In this document: positions 11,721 through 64,000 of the stretch, piece after piece
How positions within the stretch are numbered: position 1 is the first letter of the stretch
Layout of the letters: every line of letters begins with the position of its first letter
NCBI RefSeq assembly: GCF_964194155.1
Contig: NC_135904.1
Span: forward strand, 14,818,001 to 14,882,000
Reading direction: 5' to 3'
Length of the DNA: 64,000 nt
Source: Cetorhinus maximus
Lineage: Eukaryota
Made by a program: the position numbers and the translations under genes
Notes under the pieces: model-generated
What the model was told of the DNA's origin: nothing
The model's database searches: none
Seen by the model: only the letters and a program-made list of their open reading frames with translations

Positions 11721-11899
11721 TTAGGGGTTAAAAGTCTTCTCGGTGCCAGTGTTTCTACGGATTCTAACCCGAGAAATTCTTGTATATTTAACTGTCTAAC
11801 TGAACCAATTTGCAATGTCTGAATGCAGTGTCAGTATGTTTCTGTTCCATGTCTGTATTGAGTAATACAAATGAGGATTAAAATGATTGGGCTGATGAA

Positions 11900-14700
11900 A
11901 GGGTCTGCTTGTTATAGTCTTCCAGGGAGTTTTCACAGGAGATCCACAATGAGTTGCCAAGAGGGCATGGAGGTTAAGGTTTGTGGAAGATTGTTCCAGT
12001 CCTTAATTGTTTCTTTGGGGGTGGGGGGGGGTGGGGCGTGATAAGGAATTAGTAAAGGAAGCATCTTGGCATGTGTAGGGTTGGAGCTGGTGGTTCTGAA
12101 CTATGAGCTCAGTCACTTTGGACTTAATGCACGGCTTAGAAATATTTAATTGTTCATTCAAAATTACATAGAGGCATGTCGACCCATCGGCTTTTCTTCA
12201 GTTCTGGAGACTGCCAGCCTTGTGACATAACCAACACTGAGACATTAGAATCTTGCAAGTAACTGTTTGTAACAAAATGAGCTGCCCAGCATTGAACTTT
12301 CTCAAGGTGGGTAATGTTTTCAGAAGCATATGAATCCCAAGCAGCTACACTGTACTCTAGATGTGGTTGAACCAATGTCTGGTACAGCATTTCCTTTACT
12401 CCAGTTGAAGAGTGATAGAAGTTCTGTTTCACAAACCCAAGCATTTAGGATACCTTGGAAGCTGCGTGCAGACTTTGTGCATTTCCACTTCAAATTATTT
12501 TGGATGTGGATTTCTAAGTAATGGCTTTCTTTAGTAACTTCAAGGGGGGAATAGTGCATTGTGTAGTTGAATACTGATGGACATTGAGTATTGCTGATTC
12601 ACATTATGCATTTCTCTATATTGAATTTCGTTCCCTATATATTGGCCCATTTGATGAGATTATCTAGATCTTCCTGAGGACTAACCTCATTTGCTTTAAT
12701 AATGGTTCTGTAGACTAGGCAGTCATCTGCAAAGAGTCTGATCTGGCTTGATATTCCATGCTGGGTGTCTTTTATAAAGAGGCAAAACAAGCATATGCCC
12801 AGCTAGGTACTTAAAACTGGTTTCCAGTTTGAGGCTTCCCCATTCACTGTGACTCTTTGTTGCTGTTTGGTAAGAAATGTCCTTATTGATTGCTTAGTAT
12901 GTCCTCGGACTCCACAATGATCTAGTCTGCCCAAAAGCTGTGTGTGTGATGCACAGTTAAAAACCTTGAATAATCTAAAGTAACTAGATATGTGGTGATG
13001 TGATTGTCAAGGTTATAGGCCAGATCATGGAAAGAGAGAATGTGTTGTGATTCTGTTGGTTGAGCTTTCACTAAAGGCATGCATGTCAATAAGGGCATTC
13101 TGCTTTTCAAGATTAGCTGAATATCAATGAAGAGTTCTAGTTATTTACAGCAAACATTAGTAAGCGGAATAGGTTAGTAGTTTGCTGGATGGCAAGGGGG
13201 TCTTTGTGAATTGGGGAGGCATTAGCTCATAGACAATCGACGGGTAATTCGTGTCTTTACGCATTGTTGAAAGATATATTGTAACATTGGGGGAGACTCA
13301 CTTGTTGCAGCTTTAAGTGCATGGTTTGGGATGTCATCAGAACCACAAACTTTAGATGATCAATGTTACGGAGGAGTTTTTCAACATCTGTTGTTGTAAC
13401 ATCAAGCATGTTTTTTGCAAGGCTGCCCTCAAACTACAGTTTCATACTCAGGTGCTCTGATTCCTTCCTTGGAAGATGCTCTGAAACTGTAAGTTAAGAG
13501 CTTCAGCTTTTTACTTGTCATTCAATAGTAACGTATCCCCTACATGCAGAATTAGTGTTCCAGTATTATCCTTTTTTTTTTGATTTAATATACCTCCAAA
13601 ATTTCCTGGCCAGTTCAATTTCACATTTATGCTTGGCGCATCAAATCTCCCTGTTGACCACAGTTTAGTACTGTTCAAATTTAATCCAGACTTCCTCTTT
13701 CTTCACAGGATTATCATTCCACAAAGAATGTTTAGCTAGGGTATATAGTATCCCCTTCTTGCAGACTTTGTTTTGAGAGAGCCTGTAAACCATGGAGTAC
13801 TCCCCTTTCCAGAGTAGATTTAGTGAGGAACATGTAGATTTACAAGATGGTTTACATGTTGGTAAACACCTTCTAGTTCTTGTCCACTGAGTTGGTCTCG
13901 GGAGAGTTGTTGAGAAACTGTTTTGTTATGTGGAGCTTGGCTCTTACAGGCATCAATATTGATGTGCTGCTCTGCGGCACTTTCCTTGGTGGTTTACGGT
14001 GCAGTGTTGCCTTAACGCAATGTTCACCCAATACTACTGAGTGGTCACTTATCCCAGAATGGGGCCTGATAGATCTCATCAGAGCAGGATGTGTAATGAG
14101 ATGAAGATCCAATATATTCCCAGTTCCATTGGTGTGCCTTCTGGTGGTGAAGTTGACCATCTATGTTAACAGGTGTTTAGTTACTATATTTATTAACTTT
14201 TCCTGAAGTGCATTTGTTGCATGTTGGGGGAATGCCTTGATTCCAAGGAAGATTAGGGGCATTAAAATCCCCACTGAATACAATGGAAAGTGACAATGTT
14301 GTATTATTGTGTTAGGCTAACATCTAAGTTATATAGTGAATCCTTGGGGCTGCTGAGTATCTAATAATAAGCTCCAACAAAAACATCTACCCCGGAGGTC
14401 CAGTTGGTCCCATATTAACTCCATGTTTGTTGAGGACAAATCTAGCCTTGCGAGAATGGGAATTGAATTATTGACTGTGATAAAGACAACTCCTCCTTTA
14501 GTAGACTTATCTTTACAATACACTGTGGAACCTTCTGGGAATATTTCTGCAGCGTAAATATTTTCAAGTTTGGATTCAGTTCCTGTAATAACATCAAGGT
14601 TTTCTTGGCTGATGAGTAACTCCACTCAAGCTACTTTACCTCAAATACCATTACAATTTATATTTACAATCTTGATAGAGTTTAACTTGGAATGATTGTG
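11900..14700 (-). mobile_element. Near-full-length ORF2 of a divergent (invertebrate-type) CR1-group LINE, degenerate
   Basis: Endonuclease LDVITGTESKL...EIFPEGSTVY and NILDLHLITHP..GISDHSVV; RT QIRLFADDCLVYR (~12712-12748); C-terminal LGFVKQNF...YQTLVQPHLEYSVAAWD...LEKVQCWAAHFVTN and IKDWNNLP. Confidence 0.85.
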
Positions 14701-15581
14701 AAGAGTAGCTTTGGTCTTTCCTGTGTGTCTTGGTTAGTATTTGAAGATTGCTGGCCTTGGACAGGCCTGGTTACATGTGACCATCATCTTCTGATCCTGT
14801 CTATTTGCATCTTAGTGGAGTAATTTATCTTTTCTTTCACCTCTGCTGCTTCACTTTGGATCAACTTGCATTCACCCATTCACCTTTTGTTAATTTTACC
14901 TCCACTGGTGTAACTTTCCTTGTATGCACCTTGGCTGGTGGTATATTTGGCTTGTAGGATGATGATCGGTAATCAAATCTATTCCTGGTATCTGGTTTGA
15001 ATCCGACAGCTCATGTATTCAAACTATCACAGGCAACTGATAGTTAAAAAAGCATGTGATGTCAGAAAAATGGCAGAATCCTACTGTAACATTTGTTGGA
15101 GTATACTATTAAATAAATGCTTTGACCAAAATACTGTGCTTAGAACTTGTGCTTCCTGCTGCCTGATATTTGCCAAACTCCTTGAAATGTTGATTAATTC
15201 ATCGCAGTAGCATGAAGGTGAGATTTTTGTGTACAACGCACCACAAGCTCAATTGGTAATGGATATAGCAATACCTTGGGTGCCTTATTTTTGGGCTACC
15301 CTCATGGTAAATTGCCCCTCTCTGGAGACATTAATGTTAATCCCAGACCAACTGAAATTACATGTAGAGGCATGAAGTAATGAGGACTCTGCAATTGGGT
15401 CTATAAAACTGACTATATCATGTGCTCCAGTCGCTTGAGGTGGTATGATAATTGTTCAGGAGCATTAGGTAAAATGTTGTCACATCATATTACCTACATT
15501 GATGCTGAATGGCTATGTCATGCTTAAGTACCTAGAGTGCACTATGTGGCTCTGCTCCCTCTGCTTTTGATGAAGTATAAT

Positions 15582-15710
15582 AGTTCTGAAGAAGAGTCAT
15601 ATTGGACTCAGCTTTAACTCCTTTCCTCTCCACAGATGCTGCCAGACCTGCTGAGTTTTTCCAGCATTTTCTGTTTTTATTTCAGATCTCCAGCATCTGC
15701 AGTATTTTGC
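15582..15710 (+). mobile_element. Solo Penelope terminus with a degenerate hammerhead
   Basis: AGTTCTGAAGAAGAGTCATATTGGACTC...CCACAGATGCTGCCAGACCTGCTGAG matches the PLE 3' ends at 3727 and 52570. Confidence 0.8.
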
Positions 15711-16204
15711 ATTAGAGGCAGCTTCCCATACCATTGGGAACATTGTGTTAGTGGAATGTCTGTTTTAAGTCCACCTTCAAGTATATGGGCCAACAGTTTC
15801 ATGAATTTTTTAAAAACAGACTGATAGGCGGTCTCATGAGCTTTAAATTCTCAGTTCCCATGTTGGGGATGTTTCATGCTGCACCTTAATTCTCCCTCCT
15901 ATTAATAACTACTCAGATTTGTTTCATTTAGCAAGTTATTTCTACTTAATAGTGATCACTGAGCACTACTGCTCTCCTGTCAGTGGGCAAAGATGGAATT
16001 GGCTGTACCTTGAGTGGATATGTCCCAACCTTGGTCTAATCTCAGGGCTGCAGTTTGAATTTGGTATGCTGGCCAAAATATGCTTGTGGTTTAAGAAACT
16101 CTAGGATGTGAAGTTTTTTTTTCTGTACTTAGCCTATATGAATATATTATGAAAATATTTTTCCCTAAAACTCAGCTTTCTTGCATTGTCAAAACCATTA
16201 CATT

Positions 16205-16582
16205 TTTATTTATTGGGATGTGGGTGTCATTGGCAAGGACAGTATTTGTTGCCCGTCCCTAATTGCCCTTGAACTGAGTGGCTTGTTAGACCATTTCAGA
16301 GGGCAGTTAAGAGTCAACCACATTCCTGTAGGTCTGGAGTCACATGTAGGCCAGACCAGTTAAGGTTGGTAGATTTCCTTCTGAACCAGATGGGTTTTTA
16401 TGACAATCGATGATAGTTTCATGGTCACCATTACTGAGGCGAGCTTTCAATTCCAGATTTTATTAATTGAATTTAAATTCCATCAGCTGTCATGGTGAGA
16501 TTTGAAACCGTGCCCCCAAAGGATCAGCCTGGGCCTCTGGATTACTAGTTCAGTGATGTGATCATTATGCCACCATCTCCCC
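16205..16582 (-). mobile_element. tRNA-derived SINE (tRNA-Thr-like head plus LINE-derived tail)
   Basis: On -: GGGAGATGGTGGCATAATG (A box), CTGAACTAGTAATCCAG (anticodon arm), GGTTTCAAATCTC (B box), tail CAAGGGCAATTAGGGACGGGCAACAAAT. Confidence 0.85.
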
Positions 16583-16727
16583 CTATGTTCTGAGCATTTC
16601 CAGTATTATAAATGGCTTTCCTTTTTCCCTGTAGATAGTGTGCAAGTACAGTCGCTGTTTAAAACAAAATATATAGAGGAGAGACAACTTCTGCCCTGAA
16701 CCAGTTAAGAACCAGAATTTCTTCAAA

Positions 16728-56126
<39,399 letters not shown>

Positions 56127-57124
56127 CAGGGTTCAGTGTGGTGAATTTCCAAAGTGACACTCCATATGCACCAATTTTATTACTTATCAAAGTGTATTGG
56201 GCATGTGACCAGGAAAATTAGCAGCATATACAGCTGTAAAAAAAAACTTGCTGCATTTCAACACTAGAGCTTAACTATATGATCTGCTCTTGTACTTATC
56301 AAAAACTCATTTTCTGGTAATGTAACAAATTTAGCTGCCTGTTTAGAATGAATACAGGAATGTCAGATATCCCATTTACTGAACCGAGTTTGTAGTTGCA
56401 ACAATTTGAAGAGCCAGAACTCATTGCCCTTCACAGGATCTTTGCTATTTATGAGGTGAAGTAGTAGTCTGATTCTCAAATGACTTGTTCCTGTTAAAAT
56501 GGCCTTTCTATATTATAGTGAATCTTCCTGTACTGTGAAAATAACCAGGAATAATCTGAACAGATGGGAATGTATCTGTACATAATGATTGCAAAGTTGC
56601 ACAAAATGTGTATGTGTATATAATATATAAATAGTTTTAAACGGCAATGGTACTATTATTTGAAGTAACCTTGCATATATTTCTACCAAACAGTGCAGGT
56701 GCTTAAATGAAGATTCAACTCTGCTGCACTTGACCTTAACTAAAAGTTATTTTGCAAATCAAAATTATTTTCAAACTTCTGCAAAAAGTGTGAATTAAAT
56801 GTATCAAATATACTTTCCTTTAAGTGCTGAGATCTGAACAGCCTGTATGATTCATTAATGGGGATGATCCTTGACCTTTGCTTATTTTTGGGGTTTTCTA
56901 CACTAGTGCGGTTACTGTGTAACTGCTCAACCACTTACTTGATCCATCGTTCATTTGCTGTGTGCAATGCCTCTGGTCCTAGATATAAGATGTTTGTGTG
57001 GAGATATTGAGAGCTCATTTCTCAACACTTCTACCCTACATTTGCCTGCCTTTCATGGGTTGATATTGAAGGTACTGATGTTTTCTGAGACTTTGAAATT
57101 CTTGTCTCTTTCCCTGTGCCTCCT

Positions 57125-57675
57125 GTGAGAGCAGAAAAAGATGATTACAAAAGTTAATGGAATGTTGACCTTTCTCAAGGGAGCTGGAATACAGCTGTAC
57201 AGAGCTCTGATCAGAGCCCATCTAGAGTACTCCACCTTGGCTTTAGATGGAATACAGTTCAGATTTACCAAATGATACTGATCTAAAAGAGTTAAATTGC
57301 GGACAGATGGCTGGTATTCCTTTGAGCTTAGAAGATTTAATGGGTAACCTAATCGAGGTGTTCTAAAATGATTAAGAAATTGACTGGTAAATAGAGATAA
57401 TTATCTTCTCCACTGGGAGAGTGTACAACATGGGGGCGTAACAGTAAAACTGGAGCTAGGCCGTTCAGGGTGATTTTAGAAGCGATACCTTCACATGAAG
57501 GGCAGTGGACCTCTCTGGCTAGAATTCAAAACCGAGATTGATAATTTTGGGAAAGTACATTAAGGGTTGTGGAATTAAGTCAGGTAAATGGATTGAAGGT
57601 GCAGATCAGCCATAGTCCAATTGAATGGTGAAACAGACCCCAGAGACTGAATGTCGTCCTCCCGTTCCTTTTGTT
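57125..57675 (+). mobile_element. Old CR1 3' fragment
   Basis: LYRALIRAHLEYS..., and the tail GATCAGCCAT..TTGAATGG. Confidence 0.7.
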
Positions 57676-58328
57676 CCAATATCCAATCGTGCCTGTTTCC
57701 CTTCTTCCTCACTCTTTACATCGTGGTTGAGCCCTGAAACTCTGTAAGGCGAGGGGTTGCATTGAGTACAGGCCTGACCTTTGACAGCACTGAAACAGAA
57801 CTTTGTTGCATTCTTCCCCAATTTGTGAAGATTTCTGATGGAGACAATGGTAACTGGTACCTGCAGCTGCAAGTTACTTGCTGTCCGTAAATACCGTGAG
57901 GGTCAATGACAATTTCCTTGTCCGTATGCTGATTCCCTTTAAAGCCATTTAGTATATTTGCTTTGCCATTTCCTACATCAGAGTGTGAAATGTAAAATCA
58001 ATTTCATTTAAATAATCCAAGCATTTAATCTGAAAATGCATACATCAGATTGATTTTCTAAGATAACCCTCTCAGTGGATGTCTGTCTAGAATACTGCAG
58101 AATCCATTCAGGTATAAAAAAAAAAGTCACTTTGGTTTGTGAAATACTTGGATAAGCAAGTGCCACAACACAATCGTTTTATTTGATGACTGACTTTCTT
58201 TTACTAAACTGACCCTGGCCTGGGCCGAATTATAGCATTCCTACACTAACATTAGAGGGTCAGATCTGCCATCACATCAAGGAGTTAAATTCTGATAAAT
58301 TTTTACATAACCCAACAAACCTCCTGAC

Positions 58329-58455
58329 TAATGTTCCTGCAAAGTTGCGTGGGCATGCAGTTTGTCCTGTGATAAATGCATCAATGCATAATGATGCAAA
58401 AAGGGACCACACACTGAAAAAGTTGGCCATGCACGAAGATTAAAAGGGAAAACTG
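58329..58455. mobile_element. Second hAT-type MITE copy
   Basis: TIRs TAATGTTCCTGCAAA / TTAAAAGGGAAAACTG; TSD CTCCTGAC / CTTCAGAC; shares the subterminal GGCCA(C/T)GCAC with 47024-47192. Confidence 0.55.
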
Positions 58456-59589
58456 CTTCAGACTAGATCTAAATTTTCTTTAGAGGCTGTTTCAATTTTC
58501 TGTTGCTACTTAACCTCTTTCCTTGAAATGAAAAAAAAGCAGTTCCGTGCATTTAGCTATCAGCAATGGTAAAATTAAATATTTCATTTTATTAAAATAC
58601 TTGCAAAGCATTCTGTACTGGACTGCAGATTTCTCATTTCAATCAAAGGGGTTAAGTAGGATTTGAATTACTCATTCAAATTCATTAATGGATACATTTG
58701 ATATAGAAGTTCAATGTCCTTTACTGAATTATTTTCATCTGTTATTTTATAATGGCAGCTGGTTTCATGCATAGTCTCATAATTGGTTTACAAAACATGT
58801 ACATCTCTTTTCCTCCACCCATCCCTGCATCATCTTGTACTATTTTATTTTCTTTTGAAATTCAGCCACAGTGGCTGTATTTTGATGTTTAATCAACATT
58901 GGCATCTTTTTACCTGACTCATGTAATATGATGTCTTTTATTTTGTAATCATTTTAATACTGTCATGTTTTATTTCACATTTCTCTATATTAAACACCGT
59001 GATTCAATCACTCATTTGCTAAACTTTTCTGTTCTTTCCTCCATCCTTCTTTGCCAGTCATCTTGTTTTTCCATTCCAGTTAATGCTCATTGTTCTGAAT
59101 TTCTACATATTTGAGCATGGTTTATTAAACTATACATTTGGATTGCATGGAGTGTGTGCAACTATTGGGTAAGTGGAGCTTGATGCTGTGGGTGTGCATT
59201 TGCTGGCAGCCATATGCTTTTATTTTTGTTTGATTTCATCCCTGAACTACGGTGTGCTGGATGAAGGCTGAGGTCCTGGCCCATGTTCATTAGTGCAGGG
59301 CTGGTGGGTTGGGTGTGTGTGTGTCTTATGGTGTTTGGCCAGAGTGCTACACCTGACACATTGAGCTACTGTCCCTTCCTGCCAGCAGTTTTGGTGCTTT
59401 TATCACATTCCAAGCTTTCTTGCACTTGTCCAATTCTATGTGAGGATAAAACTTCACCTGTTCCACTTGCTGTGTGGACCATGGGGAGTGATTGAACTAA
59501 AAGTAGTTTGAAGCATGTACTTTGGTCTGTGTGAAATATTTCACCACGTTTTGAAATGGCTCAGAGGAGGCCTGAGGGAATTTTTTCCC

Positions 59590-60175
59590 ACATGTCTATT
59601 GCCTTTGTCCCTTTAGGTGGGTGAATTCACAGGTTTGGGAGGTACTGTTGAAGGAGTCTTGGCGAGTTGCCAAAATGTATCTTGTAGATAATACATACTG
59701 CAGACAAGTTGTGCCTGTAGTGGAGGGAATTACTTTTTAAAGTGGTGCCTGGGGTGAAGACTGCTTTGTCCTGGGTGGTGTCAAGTTTCTTTTTGGAGCT
59801 GCACTCATCCAGGCAAGTGGAGAGTATTCCATCAAATCCCTAACGCTGCAGGGAGGATTATTGATGAAACAGCTGATGATGTTTGGGCCAAGGACATGGA
59901 CCTAAGGAACTCCTGCAGTGAAGTCCTGGGCTGAGATGATTGACTTCCCAACAACTGCAGCCATCTTTGTGCTAGGTACTGTATGTCTCCAGCAAGTGGA
60001 GAGTTTTTGCTAGTTCCCACTGGCTTCAGTTGTACTGGAGTTCCTTTATGTCACAGTCAGATGGTGCCTTGAGGTCAACGGTTGTCACTCACCACACCTC
60101 TGGAATTCAGTTTTTTTTAGTCCATGTTTGGACCAAAGTTGTAATGAGGTCTGGAGCCAAGGATTCCTGATGAAA
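59590..60175 (-). mobile_element. Zenon/Crack-like LINE fragment
   Basis: GCTGCACTCATCCAGGCAAGTGGAGAGTATTCCATCA and a GVP.GP.LGP remnant. Confidence 0.75.
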
Positions 60176-60641
60176 TTCAATCCATTACTACTTTACTGAT
60201 TGAGAATATCGCAATCACAGAATCTCACAGTGCAGAAGAGGCCCATCGAGTCTGCACCGACAGGTGAGAAACACCTGACCTACCTAATCCTACATGTAAT
60301 GCTACATCGTGGGCTTTATACCAGCAGGAATACCCTGCTGCTGAATATACCTGAACATTTAGGTGCTCAGCTGTAAATCACACACTTTGTGATGAAAATG
60401 TTGTTTGAAACCAAAACCCTACATGTTTTATACCCTGCTCAGTAATAAAAGTACATCTGATTACACACTACACCAGACTCATTGCAGAGGGGAATACCTT
60501 TAATCCATGGGACAGAGTCCATTTTAGACAATAACATAAAAATAACTATGAGTTATCAAGTTTGGAATTAATTACATAATTTATATAGTGTGCTGCCCTT
60601 TTGGGCAAGTACAGAATGAAACCCAGAATACAGGGAAACAG

Positions 60642-60647
60642 TTTATT
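60642..60647 (-). terminator. Polyadenylation signal AATAAA for the USP50-like gene
   Basis: TTTATT on +, about 24 nt past the stop codon. Confidence 0.55.
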
Positions 60648-60670
60648 GGTGCAGTCTGTTTGAGATGGTA

Positions 60671-60847
60671 TTATTGTGCCCACTGAAAATTCACGCAATT
60701 ATAGAAAAGAACATAAGCAGCTGATGACTGGACCTTCTGCTCAGAAATGCTGGTCACTTTTGCATCATTGAACTCATGCCAGTTCTGTGTTACAGGATTC
60801 TTGCAGTAGGCAGTGTAGTGACCACTATCTAAAGTGCCTGTGTGATT
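60671..60847 (-). CDS. USP50: USP50-like last exon (His box)
   Basis: CCACAG|[58 protein letters not shown]. Confidence 0.9.
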   Translation of the reverse strand, partial: NHTGTLDSGHYTAYCKNPVTQNWHEFNDAKVTSISEQKVQSSAAYVLFYNCVNFQWAQ

Positions 60848-62919
60848 CTGTGGAGAGAGAAAAGGTCATGGAAATTCACCCCGACTTCATTCATACATTA
60901 TTAGCAGTAGGGCTTTAGTGAAAGCTTGGCATATAAATTACACTTTTTGAAATAAACACCTGGTACAATTACCTTACGGGGACACGATTCACCTGTGATC
61001 AAAAGCAATATGTAACTGATCTATATTAGTTTTATTCCCCATCTTGTGTCAAATGGATGAGAAATCCCATGGCTTCACTTATATCCCTGACTCAAGTGGG
61101 GGAATGGTGCTACGCTGCCTCCAACTCAACTACAACCTTTGCTGGCTCCAGTTCCCTAGCTGTGAGAGTTCCCAGCTATGATTCACAGCTCTCATTTCTA
61201 CAGAAAAGTGTCTAACCTACTCTGTTGCCTCCCCAACTAACAAACCAATGAAGCATTGTATGGCATAGTTGTATCCTGCCCCTTTAATATTCCAGCATAG
61301 GCAGTTGTTTGGCAAAAGCCTTTATAAAATGTTGTAATAAACTATTACAATATGGTCAGGAAAAAGGTTTGAGAATACAAAATCTCCAATTCCAGTTTCA
61401 AAAAAATACTCTGACTCTTCCACTTCCTCTCAAAAGACTTCTATTTCCTTTCGCAGTCAAATGGGGTCCAATTGCCAGAAATAGATTAATGATGTTACTT
61501 ACCACAACAGCATAAAGATGATACTTCATCTGCTGAGTTGATGGATTGGTTGTATATTGGGACAAATCTAGATCTTCGAGTGGAAAGGCTACAGTACTGG
61601 TCAGTTTTCTATTGCCGTGGTCATCAGATTCAAAGCTAGCAGAAGAGAGGCAATTCTGGATGATTAATTCTATATGATGAACCCTAATATTTGTGTTGCA
61701 AATAAATCTACAAAGGCCAGGGGTCAGTCAACAGGACACCCTGCAAAAAGGCCAGGGAATGTCATCCAGATGAGAGAAGCCAGTGGGAAAGACAGATTTC
61801 CTCCCAAACTGCTGCAGATCATCTGGCAGTCAGCAAATTGGCTACCTGAAATTTTAGCAACTTCACACATGGAAATAGGGATAATAAAATAAAATGGAAC
61901 ATAATTTCTTAGATAAATTCTTTCATGGGGTGCAGTCCTCATCCTCAGACTTATCAGTCAAGCCAATCTTTGTCATGTTCCAGTTAAGAAAATGACAAGA
62001 AGCTATTAAACTGCAGCCATCACATCGTGATGAGACGCTAGGTTGTCATCACATCTGGAAACCCAAACTCATGTTTTCCACTCCAAGTTAGTTTGTTCAG
62101 CACAGGCTAATCAATCCTGGGGTCTGTGTGGGCCCTGCTGCCATCCTGTAGGACCACCTCACTACCTAAATCAGACTGGACCCTGAGCCCCCCCCAACCC
62201 ATTAGTACTGACATCAGGTGTCAATCCTGACTCCATGGCACTCAGTCAGTAATGCAATTCCCTCAAAAACAAAACCCACCTAGAAAACATGGAATGAGCA
62301 GGACATGGCTGCTTGGAGCAAGACCCCTACCAAAGGAGTTGGATGGTCCAAGCAGCGGTTCAAGAAGGCAGCTCACCAGCACATTCTGAAGGGCAATTAG
62401 GGATGGTAATAAGTACTGGTCTTGATAGTGAAGCTCACATCCCATGAAAGAATTTTAAAGATTAACCCGTGATAGAATAAAAAATTAATCCAATTCATCC
62501 CAACAAAAATAATAATCAAAGCTCCATTTATCCTGGACAGTTCAACATCTCATTGTTCTGACTACTGGGACAGTTGGCAGCACTTCCTGCACAGTACAAT
62601 GAAGTGATTAAGTTTATGTTCGCGTTATAAATGCTGCGATCAGTCCAAGAGTCAATTGTATGTAAATGTTTAAAAAATCATGAAACTGAAAACGTAGGAA
62701 GGAAATATTGTCTTTACCTTTGAATAAAAGGGTCTGCTCGATGAATAGTAAATGTGGAACGAGCTGCTATACTCACCGTTTCAGGTGAATGATGATAATA
62801 TCAGGTGCTTTAAGTAGCTGGATACTCTCTGTCTGGTCCTGCTTCCTTCCACAAAAGGAACAGAAAGGCTGATCCCTCGAGCTCAGAACCTCTTCTTTAA
62901 AGAACAATCTGAGGCAATC
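60671..62919 (-). CDS. USP50: USP50-like ubiquitin-specific protease, last three coding exons (5' part lies beyond the window)
   Basis: complement(join(60671..60847,61503..61635,62777..62919)); GT-AG, in frame, USP C-terminal boxes present; tail-to-tail with USP8 as in human. Confidence 0.88.
61503..61635 (-). CDS. USP50: USP50-like penultimate exon
   Basis: CTAG|FESDDHGNRKLTSTVAFPLEDLDLSQYTTNPSTQQMKYHLYAVV|GTAAGT. Confidence 0.9.
62777..62919 (-). CDS. USP50: USP50-like third-last exon
   Basis: CTCAG|DCLRLFFKEEVLSSRDQPFCSFCGRKQDQTESIQLLKAPDIIIIHLKR|GTGAGT. Confidence 0.9.
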
Positions 62920-63299
62920 CTGAGAAATAGCAACCACTTATCAAAGAGTAGGTGCTTGTTGGAAGAAACAGGATCTTTGAAAAATTAAGCGGTATGAGAA
63001 AATATTTTGCAGAATTATAAGCCCTAACTCTTGACAACAATTATCCATCCGTTAAATAAAGCATCAGAAATTGGACGTGAAGCCCGGAATACATTTCCAC
63101 TGTGGGTTCGGGACTGGAAGACCCCCCTGTTCACCCAACAGAACTTCAGCAGAGGGGCCAGAGAGGGTCGGCAGACTACTAGGGAGAACCCCATGGAGAT
63201 ATAACCCCAGGTTTTTGGATTCCCCTTCCTGCTGACCCTTCCACCCACCCCCCAAACCAGGCCAGTCAGTTTACACGTGCTGGTGGGAGAGCTTTCATA

Positions 63300-63920
63300 A
63301 ACAATAATCCAAACAAAATTCTTAGACAAGTGTGGATTAATTCAGAAAATCCAACACAGGTTTGTTAAAGGCAAATCAGGTTTAAATAACCCGATTGAGT
63401 TTTTTGATGAGATAACAGAGAGTTGATGAGGGTTATGCAATTGATGTGGTGTAACTCATTTGGAGTCAAACAATTAAACTAAATTAACAAAACGAGGGAT
63501 AAAGTAAACACAGCCCCTAAATTAGGATAGCTGTAAAACCAAAGACAAAGTTTAAAGAAAATTGATGTGGTGTATATGAACTTCCAAAGGCATTTGATAA
63601 AGTGCCACAGAGCAGAGAAGTTGGCTGAGTGACAGGAAATAGGAAGTGGCAGTGAACTATTGCTTTTTGGACTGGAGAGCAATAAATAGTGTGCTTCCCC
63701 CCAAGGCTGGTATTAGGACAAATGCATTTCTTGATACTTTTTAATGACTTAAACTTGTGTGTACAAGGCACAATCCCAAATTTGCAGATGACAAAAGACT
63801 TGGAAGTATTGTGAACTGTGAGGAGGATAGTGAGTGGCTTCCAGAGGACTTTGACAGGACTGTAATAATGATGGACAGTGGCAGATGCAATATTACTGCA
63901 GAGAAATGTGAAGTGATACA
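63300..63920 (+). mobile_element. CR1 RT fragment
   Basis: QHRFVKGKS.LNN.IEFFDEIT; DVVYMNFQRHLIKC (frameshifted AFDKVPH); KFADDKRLG. Confidence 0.8.
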
Positions 63921-64000
63921 ATAACACTGGACGGATCACCCAGCATCAACCAAGGCACCAGAAATGAAACAACAAACCCAGCCCTGTGACCCTGGAGAGA

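Noticed and set aside
56127-60640. USP8 polyadenylation site
   Set aside because: Several candidates (ATTAAA at ~56795, ~58591, ~58989; AATAAA at ~60444) cannot be ranked without transcript data.

Overview
Vertebrate genomic DNA, most likely an elasmobranch (shark-type CR1, DeuSINE/SacSINE1-like, tRNA-SINE and Penelope repeat families). The window holds a complete USP8 gene on the + strand: a CpG-island promoter and non-coding exon 1 near 11.3-11.5 kb, and 18 coding exons from 16728 to 56126 that splice in frame (all GT-AG) to 1091 aa. Downstream, on the - strand and tail-to-tail, are the last three coding exons of a USP50-like paralogue that retains its catalytic His and Asn/Asp box. A second CpG island at 0.6-1.45 kb fires leftward and by synteny is probably the GABPB1 5' end. 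The rest is nested retroelements. The most unusual signals are: (1) a LINE whose endonuclease ORF is directly preceded by a tRNA-Thr-like Pol III head, together with a SINE made of that LINE's head plus its tail; (2) Penelope-like elements and solo termini carrying minimal hammerhead ribozymes; (3) a near-full-length invertebrate-type CR1 next to the USP8 promoter. Repeat boundaries are approximate, and repeat family names come from recalled motifs, not database searches.
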